A stretch of DNA of 64,000 bases from Isurus oxyrinchus (lineage: Eukaryota). Of this stretch, positions 48,872 to 63,719 are shown one piece after another. The first letter of the stretch is position 1, and every line of letters starts with the position of its first letter. The notes below the pieces were generated by a model. It ran no database searches. It had not been told where the DNA came from and saw nothing but the letters and a program-made list of their open reading frames with translations. Both the position numbers and the translations under genes were made by a program. Location of the stretch: the NCBI GenBank assembly GCA_026770705.1, contig JANJGN010000034.1:11284001-11348000 (forward strand), read 5' to 3'.

Positions 48872-50256
48872 CTGAAAATGCATTAAGAACAGATATTGAA
48901 ATTAATATCAAATGCCGGAATCAATTAAACTCCTGTAGCAATGGGCCGGTATTTAAACACATTTTGCCGTAGCGCTTGATTGCTGCTAAATTTCAACAAT
49001 CCAAGGAATAAAAATGGCCATCACAGAGTTCTTTCGAGCCAATGTGACACGTCATTTAAATACAAGCCTCTGCACCTGCAAGGGCAACCAGGTAATTGAG
49101 TCTTTACGTTCTTGATCCCAAAATATTTTAAAAAATTTTCTCTACAGCTCTTAATGGGCCAAACACGTGCTGAGCTCAATGAATTCAATCCCGACTGTTG
49201 GCCGTGTTGTCTTCCAATTTTTCAGGAAGCGTTTCGTTTGATTCCCAAAAATATTAATTCCTTTCCTCAACTGAAGCCTACATTTCACATCTTGTCAACT
49301 TTCTTTTTCTTGTGTCTTGAAACCAGTTGGATTTCCCTTGGTAGTCCCCTTCTGTTTCTCATCTACCTGATGCATCAGTGGCAACATGCCAAAATATATA
49401 GCTAGATTTTATGGGGCGCTGTGGTCCCCATACCCAGGAGCGAATAAATTGGGAACCAGCCAATCCGCACTGCTGGCCCCTGCATGGAATTTCCTATGCC
49501 GAGCAGACAGATTGAGGGATAAGTGCGATGTTGGGGTGGGAGAGGGGCTGAAGTGGACAAGCCAGTGTTGGTAGAGGAACAGGGAGACGGAAGACCTGCC
49601 GGTCCCTCCAATGCGCTATAAAATTGGCCATATCTAATGTCTTGAAAACAGGGTGCTAGCCATTTGCCCATCGTCAAAATGGATGCAGAAACAGACCGCA
49701 TTAAATCTATTCCTCAGGGAAATGTTCACTGTGTAATGGACAAAGTCTCAATGTGCCAAACGCCACCACTTTTGGACGAGGAAAGTGCACTTTCTAACTC
49801 AAGTTACCCGGGATAGGCAACATTTCTCAAAACTTTGACCACCCGTAAAAGCAAGCCGTTTCTCGCTGCTACCATGCAGTGTCTCCGTGAATGGTATTTT
49901 CCACTAACAAGATGCTGCCTCAGCCCAAAAAGAATGCTCTGCCTATCACACAACTGAGCACCGCCATGCATCAATTGTAGTGCCGTTGTGATGCCATGTG
50001 TGTAGGCCGTATGTCCCAGTGATTGGCTGATCGAATCAAGCAGCGTGTTATATTGGTTGTTCATAAGAGTGTTAAACGTTAAACACAAAGGTAAAAGTAC
50101 AGCCTAGGCAACAGATACTGGTATCTTGAAGTAGCATAACCTAATATGGCCAAACTGAAACCTAAATATAGTTTTGATATGCACAGTACGTCTTTAATCT
50201 GGAAATCTGTAATAGCAATGCTTGTTATTCCGACGATGCATTTGGCAACAACTCAC

Positions 50257-50322
50257 TTTGCACATCCTCTTGTGTGTTGAGTTTCTCTGGGCCACTGACT
50301 AAATCCAAGTGACCCTGTCCTC
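50257..50322 (-). CDS. Copy 2 probable stalk exon
   Basis: Canonical ctcctttag| acceptor and |GTGAGT donor, 66 nt, phase 1-1, coding sequence identical to copy 1. Confidence 0.65.
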
Positions 50323-53300
50323 CTAAAGGAGAGCAGCACTAACACAGAACAACTGAACCCACAAATGATAACGTGTATGGCGGTAAAGTGGGATTAGTGT
50401 CGCAGAATTGAGTTCCCACAGCTATATACATTCTTACAGCAATGAATGGCTCTCCCTCTTTAGTGTACTGGAGATGGACAGTGTATAGGCAAGCGAGGGA
50501 ATTCATGCCTTTGATTTTTAAGACTACAGCCCTGTATCTGCGAAATGCTGAATCAAGCACAGTGGTTTGCCTATTGAAGCCACGCTCTAATTGCACCAAG
50601 CAAAGCAAGGGGGAAAACAGCCCAGTAATAATTATTTTTATATATATATTTGGTCACTCAAAGATCAAACGTATGATTTTTCCCACAAGAAAATCAGCGC
50701 TTCTAATTTGAGGAGAAATATTTGTTGAAGCATGTCAGAAATAGTTATTTTTAAAATAGCATTGGTGTATGTAATTGGGAAATCATTGCATGAGCAAAAT
50801 TTATTTCTATTTATGCTTCGCAGTCTTCAAACTGAGCCTGTTACTGCATAAATAACAGATGTTTATGCATTTAGTAGTAAAATGTCAGAGCCTCTCCATG
50901 CACATGGAACCCGATTACCGAGTCTCTGCTCATTCTTACAAACGTCACCAGTTCACCTCTTCGCAATGTTCATATTCAAGTTAATATTAATGATGCCGCA
51001 TACTTTCAGAAAAAAAAACATCTAAGTTTAGCGAGGTTCCGGATTTTCGGCAGCCATAGCACAATTTAAATAAATTCACAAGTAAACACCAGAATTGTGA
51101 AATTGAACCTGGGAGGGACGTAAACCAGGTAATATTATATACATTTCCAGTTACAAGCCTCGCACTAAATTCAGGTCCATTTAAGTATATGAAATTCATT
51201 ATTGAACGTGGTGAATAACAAGAGAGAAATGCAACACCGCCCAGCATGCCTCCTTGTCCGGTCTAATAAACCTCGCTAATAATTGGCGCACTAACGTTTT
51301 AGGATAAGTCGATGTCTACATGTTAAATATCCGAAATATGAGTGCATGTTAACAGTTGTGTTTTAGCTTGTTACAGTCTATATCTATTCTGGTTGTGGTT
51401 GACTTGCAGTAACACAGCACAAGTTTGAACCATCCCTGCTTAATTCAGTTTTTATTTGTAATAAAAAACTTGCAAATACCAGTCAGCATGAATAGAGAAA
51501 AGATATAATCCTGCATGATCAATCTGGATGAAGCTACTTGTGAAAAACCTTGGAAAGGGCAATGCAGAGCGTTTCCTCGAACTGTAAGCAAGATTTCAGA
51601 AAAGTGTCAGTCAGAAGCAGAAGAGTTAATTACAAGCATCGGGGCTACGGGCCCTGGGTTACCAAAAGAATTAAACAGGCTGCAACGTTCAACAATGTAC
51701 GCTGACATTTTTTGAAACATGCAAGAAAGAAGACAATTCGGCCCAAGGTGCCTTGCAGACTCATTCAACTGTCCATCCAAATTGCCTCACTCCCTTGATC
51801 CTGCTCAAGGTGACCTTAAAATGTATATTCAATTCATTTACGGAAAAATAATATTGCATTTGTTTTCATCACACTAAGACATAACACTCCAGACTTCTGC
51901 AATTTTCTGCAAAGAAAATGATTCTCATCACCCCTACCTGTTTCGCCAATTATCTTAAATCTGCATTGTCTAGTTGCCTATTCTCCAACCAGTTTCCCTT
52001 CATTCACTCTATCAAGCCCGGCATTATTTTGTAACCTCTACTTTACCTCATTCACAGGAAATCCGAAATTCTTTTGAGTGTGCACACCCCTGAAATTACT
52101 CATCCCATATATCATTCTGTTAGGTGCCCCCTCCTACCTCCACAAAACATCAGCGTACTTCGCAACGTATGGTGCAGTGAAAGGACATATAAATGTCAAG
52201 TGTAAAGTACTGAATGTAGGAAGACAAAGATAAGTGGATGAACATGCCCTGCAAAGTATGTTGGTGCAAAACGATTAGCATCGAATTAGCGTAGTGAATG
52301 CAATAAAATTGAATTTTCGCAGGAAGAACACGACAGTAGGTAAAAAAAATCAAAGGTAAAATTCAAAAGGAGTTTCGGGAGCCGAAAGGCCTGAGGTATA
52401 TGTATGCAAAAGTCATTGAATATGACAGGATCAGTTGAGTGAGTGGTTAGTAAATATACCATATCCTAGGCTTTATTAATGACGGCATTGAGTTATGTTA
52501 ACCTTGTATAGTAACTGGACCTGCCTCAGCTGCAGTATTGCGTCCAATTTGAACGCACAACACTTAAGGAAAGACCTGAAGGCATTAGAGTGTGTGCAGG
52601 TAAGTTTCAAGAAATGGTTGCAGTGTCGAGAAATTTCAATTATCTTGAAAGTTTCAACAGGTTAGGACTTACAGGGAGAATAGAAGTTGAGAGCTGGTTT
52701 GATTAGACGGAGAAAAATCATGGGGCATTGAAAAGCGTAGACAGTGAAAAATCCTCCCATTAGTGGAAGGATTGAGGACATGAGGAAAAACTTTGTCAAG
52801 CAGCTAGTGGTTGAGATCTGGAATGCATGACCAGACATTGGGCGGAGGGAGGTTCAATCGAGCCACGTGGTAACGACATTGGAATTGTATTTCAGAAGCC
52901 CAGGAGAACTGTATGACGTAGCGAGTTCAAATTCCACCGTGGCAGCCAGAGAAATTTTAATTCAACAAATAAATTTGTAATTGAAATCTAGGGTCAGTCA
53001 TGGTGACTATGAAATCATCATCAATTTTCTGAAAAACCCATTTGCTTCACTCATTTTTATTAGGGAAGGAAATCTGCAACCCTGCCCTAGCTAACAGGCC
53101 CACATTTACTCGGTGTATCCCTTCTACCATGAAAGCCAGTCCAGCAAGCATCCAGTTCACTCAAAGATCTGTGGCGTCTGCGGGTGCGATAAGATGTACA
53201 AGTCATGAAAGCTTCCTGGGTATCTAGCATAAATATGTAGGGTCTGCCTTCTGTGATCACAAATAAGCTGGGCGTTCAGAAACTGAAATCCTTTCCAATT

Positions 53301-56300
53301 GATGAATCTCACAGGCGGCTGACAGGGAACTCAGAGGGCTACATGTGTGCAGCAGATGGCGCCCTGCACTTGTGGGAAACCACATATTGTTGAGAATACA
53401 ACAACTCTGGCAGCCTGGCTTTTGCAACCATCGTGGAGCTTACAGGTGAGCTCTATTGAAAACGGTATCTGCCAAATGTAATATTTCCCACATGACCCAT
53501 TGGAGCCCTGGAATTTTCTGCTGGCAAAAAAAGTGAAGCGAAGCTGTTACCTTCAAAGCCAGCTGCATGGGATGCCCTCCAACTCCTTGCAGCATCAGTT
53601 GTTCACGGAGAAGGTGGCAAAAGTGAACTACCAAGTTGCTGGACAAGCGAAGGCGACTGCAGCATTGTGATCTGTACATCCCCGTATATCTGCGGAGATT
53701 TCTGTATACCAGTGTTGGGCCACTGGTGTTCAATGAATTATCCTCTCTTTGGGAGCACCTTGGATTCTTGGGACGCCGCTGCTTCTTGTAGCTCATGTCG
53801 CTGCACTCTCTGGGCCTGCACCAAACGCCAATGGGCCCTTCTTCTCCTCATTGTATTAGAGCTATAATCAAGGCCGGTTGCCTGCACCTGGCATTCTGCA
53901 CTTTCAATTGTCTCTGTCAATGAATGTATTTCAGAATTTACTGAAACTTTTCCTTCACAGGTTTCCTTCCACCTCTGGGCCAGGAGGCCAATGCAAAGAC
54001 TTTGGCCTGAACTCCCTCTGGGTGTGCACCCTCAGGCCTCCCCTTGAAAGTGTCGAACATCCTGGAGGACCACAAGTGGCCGATCCTGCCCTTCAGACAT
54101 GACTGTGCATGACTACGACCATGTGCGAGAACCCTGTCATGAAGAGGTATTAATGTCTATAGTGTCACTGGAAAATATTTTAAAATTACAATTAGTGCGA
54201 TCTGCATCTACATGAGTGCCTAAGCGTGTGTCTGCGTGTGTCCTAACTTGGTTAATGCCAGCTAGTCTGAGTGTTTTGATGCATGGTAGCTCAAGATGTT
54301 AATTGGATAAATAGGTGAAAGGCAATTTTCGATTAGCATTTGTTGAATAAACCATTCAAAAGAATGGATAAAATCTTACACCTAGATGGGAGATGCCAAG
54401 CAATGCGTTTATATTACTAATAAAATCGATGCAATGAAAGGATTATCGTTTAGAGAGGTAAAATTAAAAACCTAGCAACACAATAAAAACTCTGCATTCA
54501 AAGCGGATGCTAGGTATATACAGAAAGAAGTTTGTATCTATAAGTCAGAGGCATTTAAGATCTAACCAGCCTGTAAGCCAACAACTGTTTCTGCAAAGGA
54601 GGCAGATTGAAAGGATCCTATCTTTGAATTCTTAAGATCAAATGTGCTTTGCCTGATGTCTGTTTGAAGTCTCTGCATTATTAGTGCCATGTTGAAGATT
54701 TACCTGGAAGCGAATAATGTTGGATTTGTTTAAAAGATATTGTGCGAGTAATTTGTGGAAACTTATATGCACTTAATTTGTTGTTAATTTAATAAACGTT
54801 TAATTTAGTTTTATACATAAAAACCTCTTTAGGCCTGGTGGTTTTATTCCTGATTTCAGAGCTGCATTTCAAACACACGAATTAGGACCATAGGTCATGA
54901 CCGTTGTTCAAGTATCCTTATGGGATTTAAACAGCTCAGCCTTTAGCAACTGCCGTGTCATAACAAATTCCCATCAGTGAATTGTCAGCAGGCCTCCCTG
55001 AGACTGAACACTCTATGCAGAGAACATATCCTTGTCATAATGGCAACAGGATAAGCATTGTGCTTTGTAATCCAGGACCACTTAACTGGGATTAGTGAGG
55101 CTTGGAGTGTGCACGTAAACTGCATGGATGCCGTGGTCCTTGAATGATTCAAACGCCATCCACTTCCATATGCCTTTTGGAGGAACAGATGGCTAAACAA
55201 ACCAACTCAAAAGTAGCTCCAAAACTCAATGGATTCTCGAATGAATGCGCACCCATTAGTCAAGGAGCAATAATCAATGGATATTTAACCCTAAAAGCCA
55301 GGTCTCAGCTCGGTCTTGTTCTCCTTGTATTGAACAAACAATTAATAGGGTTTCCCATCCGTCCACCCAAAGGATTATCCCTGACCTCCTCCCAGACACC
55401 TCTCATATCGAGATTTTCACGTTTGTTTTTCAACTGAGTCCTTACTGACTAAAGATATAGATGATTTTTCTAACGCTTGTGAATACGAACGACATCTACC
55501 AACCTCCACCTGCCAACCACCAGGTCCCTCTGTCCTCCTGCATAGCCACTGCCTCCTAATTCCACACCGTCGTGTGACCAGCGTATCTTCCGTTATTACC
55601 CTTCACCCCATTATAGTTCATATGGACATCCATTTTCTACTTCACCCCACAATTTCCTACAATGTTCATATCCCGACGTTCGTTGTTAGTGTGACCCCTT
55701 CCCTTCTCGAGGCAACAGACAACGTTACTTTCCGAAACCCCCACCCTCCACCATGAGACCATCCAATTACCTGCTGGAAATGCCTTCCTTGAACATGGCT
55801 CTGCCCTCTGTATCCCAGTAGAATGCCCTGAAATCCCAGGACCAAATAGCTGAGATGAATAGTCACATCCTGCCCACGATTCCCAGAATGACAGCCATTG
55901 CCCATCGAAGCCTTTCCTGATGCAAGACCGGGACCAATACTTATGTCACACGTAGGGACCTTTACCAAGGCCTGGGCACAGTGGCCACATCCCCTGGACA
56001 GTCTCTTAAACTTGTCCCCTGAACAATGTTACACCCTTCCCCAGGCAATCTCTTAAACTTGCTCCTCATGGACGCTCATTCACCCTTTCCCTCTGGTCCA
56101 CCTGCAACCCCTCTTCCCCAAGCCCTGCCACCATCGTACACTTCTCCCTTTGTCGGGCCCCCTATGCCCAGCCTTGGTGCAGTTTGTGCGATAGGCACCT
56201 GAAATATCTCAATAACACTGTACAAGTTAGATGAAAGCATCGCCTACTAGCCTTTCAATTGTGAACGCAGTGAGAGATCGCCATTTCCATGCTAGATATT

Positions 56301-59300
56301 TCCAGTCGTAAAACAGAACGACCAATTAGCCGCTTTTAGGGAACTTCGTTTGGACGGGGAACGTGATTTCAGCATGTTGACCTTTTAGTAAGCATTCATG
56401 ACATTCTAATGAAAGCAGATGGGCATCCCCCACATTGCTAATCCGGAAACCCGACCTGCCTTTAAGCTGCCTGCAATGTTGGGAGAAGAAAATCCCAAAT
56501 TTTTTGCCTGCTGTCGGGAAACTGTTCTTGGCCTGTGACTGAGAAGCTGTGGGATCAGTAAGGCAAGGAAATGGCCCCAGGATCTAGTGATGTTGCCCAG
56601 GATCTAGTGATGTTGTCCTGCACTCACAATGCCGAGGTGTTGAACATGGCCAGAAGGCCATGTTTGGACAATGTGTAAGAAGTCTCCAAAAAGTGACCCT
56701 GAGGAGGGAGTGAGAGCTTGTGGCAAGGATGGTGAATGCCCAAAGCATCTCACCTCAGACCTGGCAGTAGTGCCGATAATGATTTAATGACCTCGCTTTG
56801 GGCAAGGTGGGCAAATGGATTAGCACACAGGGTCTGGTAACCACATCAATGGACACCACACATCGCTTCAGGCACCACTTCCTGACATTCAGGGGTCATT
56901 CCTAACATCCTTACATCGACATCTCAACCAAACGCACCTCAAAGCCATACCAGCTACCCACATGGTAGACACGGCCACAATATACTTCCAGCGATTCAGC
57001 TACTGCACACATCACACACACATTTAATGATGCCCTGGCCTCTCTCCTGCAGGAGAATACATTCACAACAGCTGCGAACGCCAGTGGACCAGAAGAGGAC
57101 CAGTCCAAATGCAGTCCATCAGTGCTAAGGGGGGATTTACTTTCGGAACGTTGGCAGAATTGCTACTGAACCAGTGGCATTTGGCGCAGTGTATGCCATC
57201 CTAGATGATGGTTAGTTGTTGCCTTGTGCACTTTGCCCACTAACTTCCTACTCCCACCCTTAAAGGTGACATGAAATCAAAACTTGCAAATTTAGTTACC
57301 ATGGACAATACAGCCTCCTTTCTCTTATCCTTACTAACCGCCCCCAATAGTTTTCATAATCCACAAGCTGTCAGTTGCTCAGCCCCTTCACAGAGAATAA
57401 GCTTTGAAGAGGAAACACAGTCACTGAACCAAACGGTCACAGCCACCAGCCCGGATATTTGCACACTTGCATAACTTCGAGGCTAGTTTCAGAATCAGAA
57501 TCTGCATGTGCTAAGTCATTAGGCATGCTTGGGCTGCAGCCAGGACAGGGTATAGGTGAGCTCCTTTGCCCTCTCATGATGCCCATGACACCTCCGTTGC
57601 CCATTCATAACCCCATGACCCCTCATATCTACCAGGCTCCGCATACACTGTGCATAACCATTCATCCAGTATCCACTATGTGCAGAGCACATGAGACAAG
57701 TGATGCCAAACGAAAAGACTTTCAAATGCACTACAAAAAAATTACATCTCTTACAAGCACAGAAAATGTCAACCAAACGTGCATCCATTCATAATCCAGA
57801 GATAAAACTTCAGTCCTAATGGCATAAAGAAATCTCTTAAGTGGTCATTAAGTTGTGAAATTAAACAACCACCCATTCAAAAAAAAAACGCATTAAAGAA
57901 ACTGAAACCAATGGCATGAGCATAAAACAGTCAGTTCGCTTCACAGCTGTGTCAAGAGATCCCCTGATGAGCTCAGTGGTTTCTGAAACTCAGCCAAGTA
58001 TTCCTAATGGGCTCAGCTGCAAAAACAGACTATTACAGCGGAAAACAATTATCACTTTTGAAGTAAAAGGATTGGATGGAGTGGTTTTCTTCTCAAAATT
58101 TCAGTTTAGACCAGGAACAAATGGCCAGATTTTTTTCAATCTTCAGATCACAAAAAACAGGCTCCCCCTCTCACATTTTTACATGTTTTTGAACGCATAA
58201 GTACAATTCCCGCAATGAAAATATACCCTAATGCATCTCAATACGTAACAAGTTCTGGTCAATGTAATTCTCAACTTATCTTTAAAGGGCAGATATTCCT
58301 GATCAATCATTGTATTAAAAACATAATTAAAGCGATAGAAAAACCATGAACACACACTTACACGGGTACACCGTCTTTAAAAGCACATATTATCTTACAC
58401 CATCTAAACATGTTTGAACATATGTGTCAAAACGCTCAGTACTCCAGAGTAGTATTTCCCCCATGATTGCGAAATCCTCTGCGGAGCCATGAACGGCATC
58501 TCCTCGGAAAGGTTGGCCTAAATGCATCAACACTGTACGGGGCTTTCAAAGGTCCACCCCTCCAGCAACACCAACAACACCCCCCACCCCCCCCCCCCCC
58601 CCCTCGCCCCCCTCGCCCCGCAATGGAACCAGAATAGTTGCGAGTACAAGGTGCAGGGTTGCTATCCTGTGCCGGCAAAAGCTGCTGACAATGGGAATGG
58701 GGCGGGTATCTTAGAATCCGGCCCCGCCCGCCAATTTTATAGACCTTCTGACTCGGTACGACGGCACAAATAACCAGCCCCATGTGTATGAATTTGTGTT
58801 TAAAACCTTGCGATGAGACTAGTGGACAAAATAATCCGCGTTGTGAAATGTTGCTCAGGGAAGCCTCAAGTTACAAGATATATTCAATAACCTGTATAAA
58901 AGGTTTGGTAAGTAATCATGGGGCCTGGTACACTATGTAACACCAGAATTGGTTGATGCTGTCTATGGATTTGGGTAATGTTGTTTGTAGCATCGAACCC
59001 AGCCTATGTGAAACTACCACCCTACTGCGGTCTGACACTACTCTTCTGATTTACACAGTACTTTCCAAATACGGACCCACAACAACTTTGAGGTCAGTCA
59101 CTCCACCTCGACTGCAATTATAGTATTAGTCGTCCATTCAGATAAAAAACGTGCCTCCACTATATACAGGGGACCAATTTGTGAGCAGCAAATGCAGTAG
59201 ACTAAATTTAAAGATGTGTAAGTGAATCGCTGTCTCCCTTGGAATGCATAATTAGGTCCTTGGAAGGTAAAGAGGGGGGAGATAAAGGGGCAACCGATAG

Positions 59301-59809
59301 GCCTTCTCTAATTCCATGCAAAGGAGTGAGTTGTTGGGCGCGTTGGAAGACTGGACCAAGACGTAATGGAGGGAAATGTTCCTATGGAATGCTGACAGGA
59401 GACGTGATGGACTATTAAAGTGAAGCTTGCGATTTAGGAAGGTAATTAGCATAAAAGTTTCCTGCTAGTATGAAATGCTTTAAAATGCAACATGAAATAA
59501 AATGACAAATATATTTCACCATTCACAGATATCAAAGTGGAAGTCTTCATTTGGAAATATGCATGGAAGAAGGCCATGGAAAACAGTTCAAGGGTTAAAA
59601 CAATTTGATGGTTCGATACTTCATAGCATCAAATTAACAGTTGTTTGTGAGTGCAACAAGTGCGATGTTACCCCCAATTCTATCAACAAAACTAACAGGA
59701 CCAAAGAGCTGCACTTTCTTTCTATTCATACAATTAACTACTAAATAACTTGACCTTTGCATGGGTGAAATATAAGTTAATGAAATAAGATTCAGAAATG
59801 TGTACTTAC

Positions 59810-60069
59810 CTATTACAACTTTTTGTTTCGTTGAGGCGCTGTTCCTTTTTGTTAATCCGTTAAAAGGCTGAGAGGTATATGTTGCAGCGCCATTCAAAGT
59901 AATGCTGGAAATGATGAGTTGTTGCCCTTTTTGCTGCAGAGAGGCATTGTTGATAAACTATTCCAATTCTGCAGGTTGGTTTGAATCCATAGAACATGAG
60001 AAAGTAATGGTTTTTCCAAAAAGGTAAGCGGACAAATCAGGGTCTATGGATATGTTAGGGAGATCGGGT
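59810..60069 (-). pseudogene. Copy 2 IgC2 B-type exon, disabled
   Basis: PDLPNISIDPDLSAYLFGKTITFSCSMDSNQPAELE*FINNASLQQKGQQLIISSITLNGAATYTSQPFNGLTKRNSASTKQKVVI|GTAAGT; TAG stop and Cys to Ser shared with copy 1. Confidence 0.9.
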
Positions 60070-60264
60070 CTATGTAAAATAAGTGCACAAATATATTTTA
60101 ATAACATTATGCTAAAATGAAAAGCAGCAGTGGACTATACATTTGCGGCAATCACCAACATCAGAGAAACTACGCACCCTTGTGTTTTATGCAGTCCATC
60201 ATGCAAACTTAAGTCAATAAGTTGTGCCATTTTCCCCGGTGCTCACTGGTGGGATCCAATGTCA

Positions 60265-62190
60265 GTTTTTTATTATTTCGTTCATGGGAGGTTTCAATCA
60301 CTGCCAGGCCAACATTTATTGCCCATCCCAAGTTACCCTTGATAAGGTGTTGGTGAGCTGCCTTCCTGAGACACTGCAATCCACGTAGAGCACGTGTACC
60401 CACAGTGTATTTGAGAGGGTTGGGTGTGGTGGTGGGCTGGTGTTTCCAAGATTTTCTCCCAGCAATAGTTGAATTTCCAAGTCAAGGGGATGTGTGGCTT
60501 TAGGTTGGGGGGTGGAGGGGTGGTGGCGATGGTGGACGTCCTGGTGGTTGTCTTCCCACTTGTCTGCTGCCCTTCTCCTCCGAGATAGTCGGGGTCCTGG
60601 GTTTGGGATCGGCTGTCTAAGAAGCATTGGTCAGCTCCTGCAGTGCAAGTTGTAGATGGATACACATTGCTGCTACTATGCGTCGGTGGTGGAAGGAGTA
60701 AATGTTTCTGGATGATGTGCCAATCAAGTAAGTTGCTTCGTCCTGGATGGCATTGAGTTTCATGAGTGTTGTGGGAGCTGCATTCATCCAGGCAAGTGGG
60801 GAGTATTCCATCACACTCCTGACTTGTGCCTGGTAGATGGTGTACAGCCTTTGGGGAGTCAGCAGCTGAGTTACTCGTCACAGAATTCCCAGCCTCTTAA
60901 CTGCTCTTGTCACCATGCTATTTATATGGCTAATCCAGTTCAGGTTATGGTCAATGCTAATCCCGAGGTTATTGGCAGTGTGGGATTTTTGATGGTAATG
61001 ACTTTCATTGTCATGAGGCAGTGAATAGATTTTCCCTTTTTGGAGAGGTTCCTAATAATTGTGTGGCACGAATGTTACTTGCTACTTGCCAGCCCAAACC
61101 TGGATATTGTCATGGTCTTACTGCATTTGGACATGCACTGCTTCAGCGTCCGAAGGGTCACGAATGGTGCTGAATTTTGACAATCATCAGTGAACATCCC
61201 TCCTTCTGACCTTATAATGGGAGGAAGATCATTTATGAAGAAATTGACGAAGGACTGGGGGAGGGGATTATCCCGATGAACCCATGCAGTGATGTCCCAG
61301 AGCTGATATGATTGACCTCCAGCAAGTAGAGCCAACTTCCTTTGTGCTAGATATGACCCCCACCAGCGGAGAGCTATCCTCCTCTTATGCATTGATTTTA
61401 CTATTGCAAAGGTTCCTTGAAGCCACATTCGGTCGAATGCAGCCTGGATGTCAAGGGCAGTCACTCACACCTCACCTCTGGAGTTCAGATCTTCTGCCGA
61501 TCTTTGAACCATTCTGCAATGGTTCAAACCATTACAGGAACTGAGCGATTTTTGTGGATCCCAAAGTTGGCATTGGTGAGCTGGTTATTTCGAAGCAAGT
61601 GTTGCTTGATAGCACTGCTGGTGATCCCCTACATCACTTTTCTGACTGTAGGGAGAAAACAGTTAGCGCAGTAATTGGCTGGGTTGGATTTCTAATGCTT
61701 TTTGTGCAGCGAATGTACCTGGGCAATTTACCACAATGGCGGGTAATGCCAGTGCTGTAGAAGCCAATGCTGCAGCTGTACTGGAACAGCATGGCTAGGG
61801 TCGCAGCAATTTGAGAAACATAAGTCTTCAGTTCTGTTGCCGGAATATTGTCAGGGCCCAAAGCATTTGCAGTATTCAGTGCCTTGAGCTGTTTGTTGAT
61901 ATCTCATGTAGTGAACCGAATTGGCTGAAGACTGGCACCTGTAATGCTGGGGAACTCCGGCGAGGCCGAGATGGATCACCTTGGCACTTATGGCTGGAGA
62001 TTGGTCCAAAAGCCTCAGCCTTATCTTTTGCATTCACGTGTTCGTCTTCCCCATCATTGCGGATGGGGATTTTTGTGGAGCCTCCTCCTCCAATGAGTGG
62101 TTTAGTTGTCCACTACCATTCACAATTGGATGTGGCAGGACTGCAGAGCTTAGATCTGATCCGTTGATTATGGAATTCTTTAGCTCTGCC
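60265..62190 (-). mobile_element. CR1-clade LINE remnant (copy 2)
   Basis: Duplicate of 19005-20930. Confidence 0.92.
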
Positions 62191-63425
62191 AGGTTAGCAA
62201 TGGTGGCACCAGAATTGAACCTGGGGAAATTCAGGTGCAGTACCATTAACACTGTATTCGTAATTCAAAGGCCCAGGATAAGGCCCTGGGGACATGGGTT
62301 CAATTGCTACCACAATATCTAATGGACTTTAAATTAAATTAATAAATCTGGAATATAATGCTAGTCTCAGTAATGGTGACTAACCAGGGCAACTATCATT
62401 CATAGACAGATAATCAAGCTGGTTCACTAATGTCCTTTGGGGTAGGAAATCTGCGGTCCCTAACACTTATGGCTTCCAAACACACAGAAATGTGGTTGAC
62501 TCTCAACTGCCTTCTGAAGTGGCCTAGTAAGCCATTCAGTTCAAGGGCAATAAGGGATGGGCGGCAAATGCTGGCCTTGCCAGTGACACCCACATTCCAT
62601 GATTTTTTAAAACATAAAAGCCAAGGTCTCCTGATTCTGATGATTTCTAATCACTTTTGTTGAATACATATGTACATTTGGAGATCAGGGATGGAGAGGA
62701 TATGATTCCTGCTGTGAGCTGCAATTTTAAAATGTGAGATCTGTACAAACCTGCTGGGCACATATAGCAGTATGGTTGCATCAAAATGTATTGTTCTGAG
62801 AAAAAATATCTATTAAAATTTGAGTTGGACAATTATGATTCTTTCCCTCAAACCAGTCTGAATTTCATCTTTTATCGGATTTAAAAATAAACTAATTAAC
62901 TTCATTGAAAATACTTTAACTTTATTTATTTAACTTTATTGAAAATGAAACCCGAATTTTCACTGAAGAATCACACAACTGTTCAAATACTACGTACAAT
63001 AAACTCGTATGTGTTACATCATCTGGTGTTCCCGCTCATAGAATTAAGATTGAGCCGTTATGTCTAATGGCTTCTGGGATCATACCACAATAGGTTATCA
63101 CCCCCGAAAGTTAATTCATTTAAGATTAGTCTGTAAACAAAGAAGTGTATAGCCAACAAAAACTGTTCCAATACTATCAATTATCAGTGAACATAAATTT
63201 TATGATGAGTTCTGTCTCAAAAACATCTAAGTATTTCGAGTATACTTATTTACATAAATAATCTGAGGCAATTTTCCTTGGCAATGTAAATGTGATGAGC
63301 TATTTGTTTACATGTTTCAGTAAATAATCCTTATATGCAAACAATCATTTATTTCCCTTTTTCAATCTGAAATGTAGCAGGTATGGTGATAAGTTACAAA
63401 AGTAATGATCTGTTGGAGCACCTGC

Positions 63426-63719
63426 AGCTACCATTTAGATTGTATAGGTCACTTTTTACTCTGCTAAAGGAGTTGAATGCATAGAACTTGAATCGTCCAT
63501 CAGACCTAATCACTAGTGATATATAGTGAGAGATATAGTGAGAGTTCTATTACCACCACTTAGATCAAAGCTGCTATCCGTAATAATAGCACGATTATCC
63601 TCAAGCCACTGAAATGAAACTGCAATGCCTGATACGATGCATGTCAGATGTCAATACGGTGTCATTGTATTTGACTGTGTTGGTGACACTGGTGATAATA
63701 TTAGGTTTGTAAACAGGTT
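63426..63719 (-). pseudogene. Copy 2 IgC2 A-type exon, frameshifted
   Basis: Same frameshifts and 12-bp duplication as 22144-22437; additionally second Cys changed to Phe (RFKFYAFNSFSRVKSDLYNLNGS). Confidence 0.87.

Larger units (their letters stand above)
45201..63719 (-). pseudogene. Gene A duplicate (copy 2): A, B, stalk, TM and cytoplasmic exons; leader and N exon lie beyond the window
   Basis: Exon-by-exon homology to gene A. Confidence 0.88.
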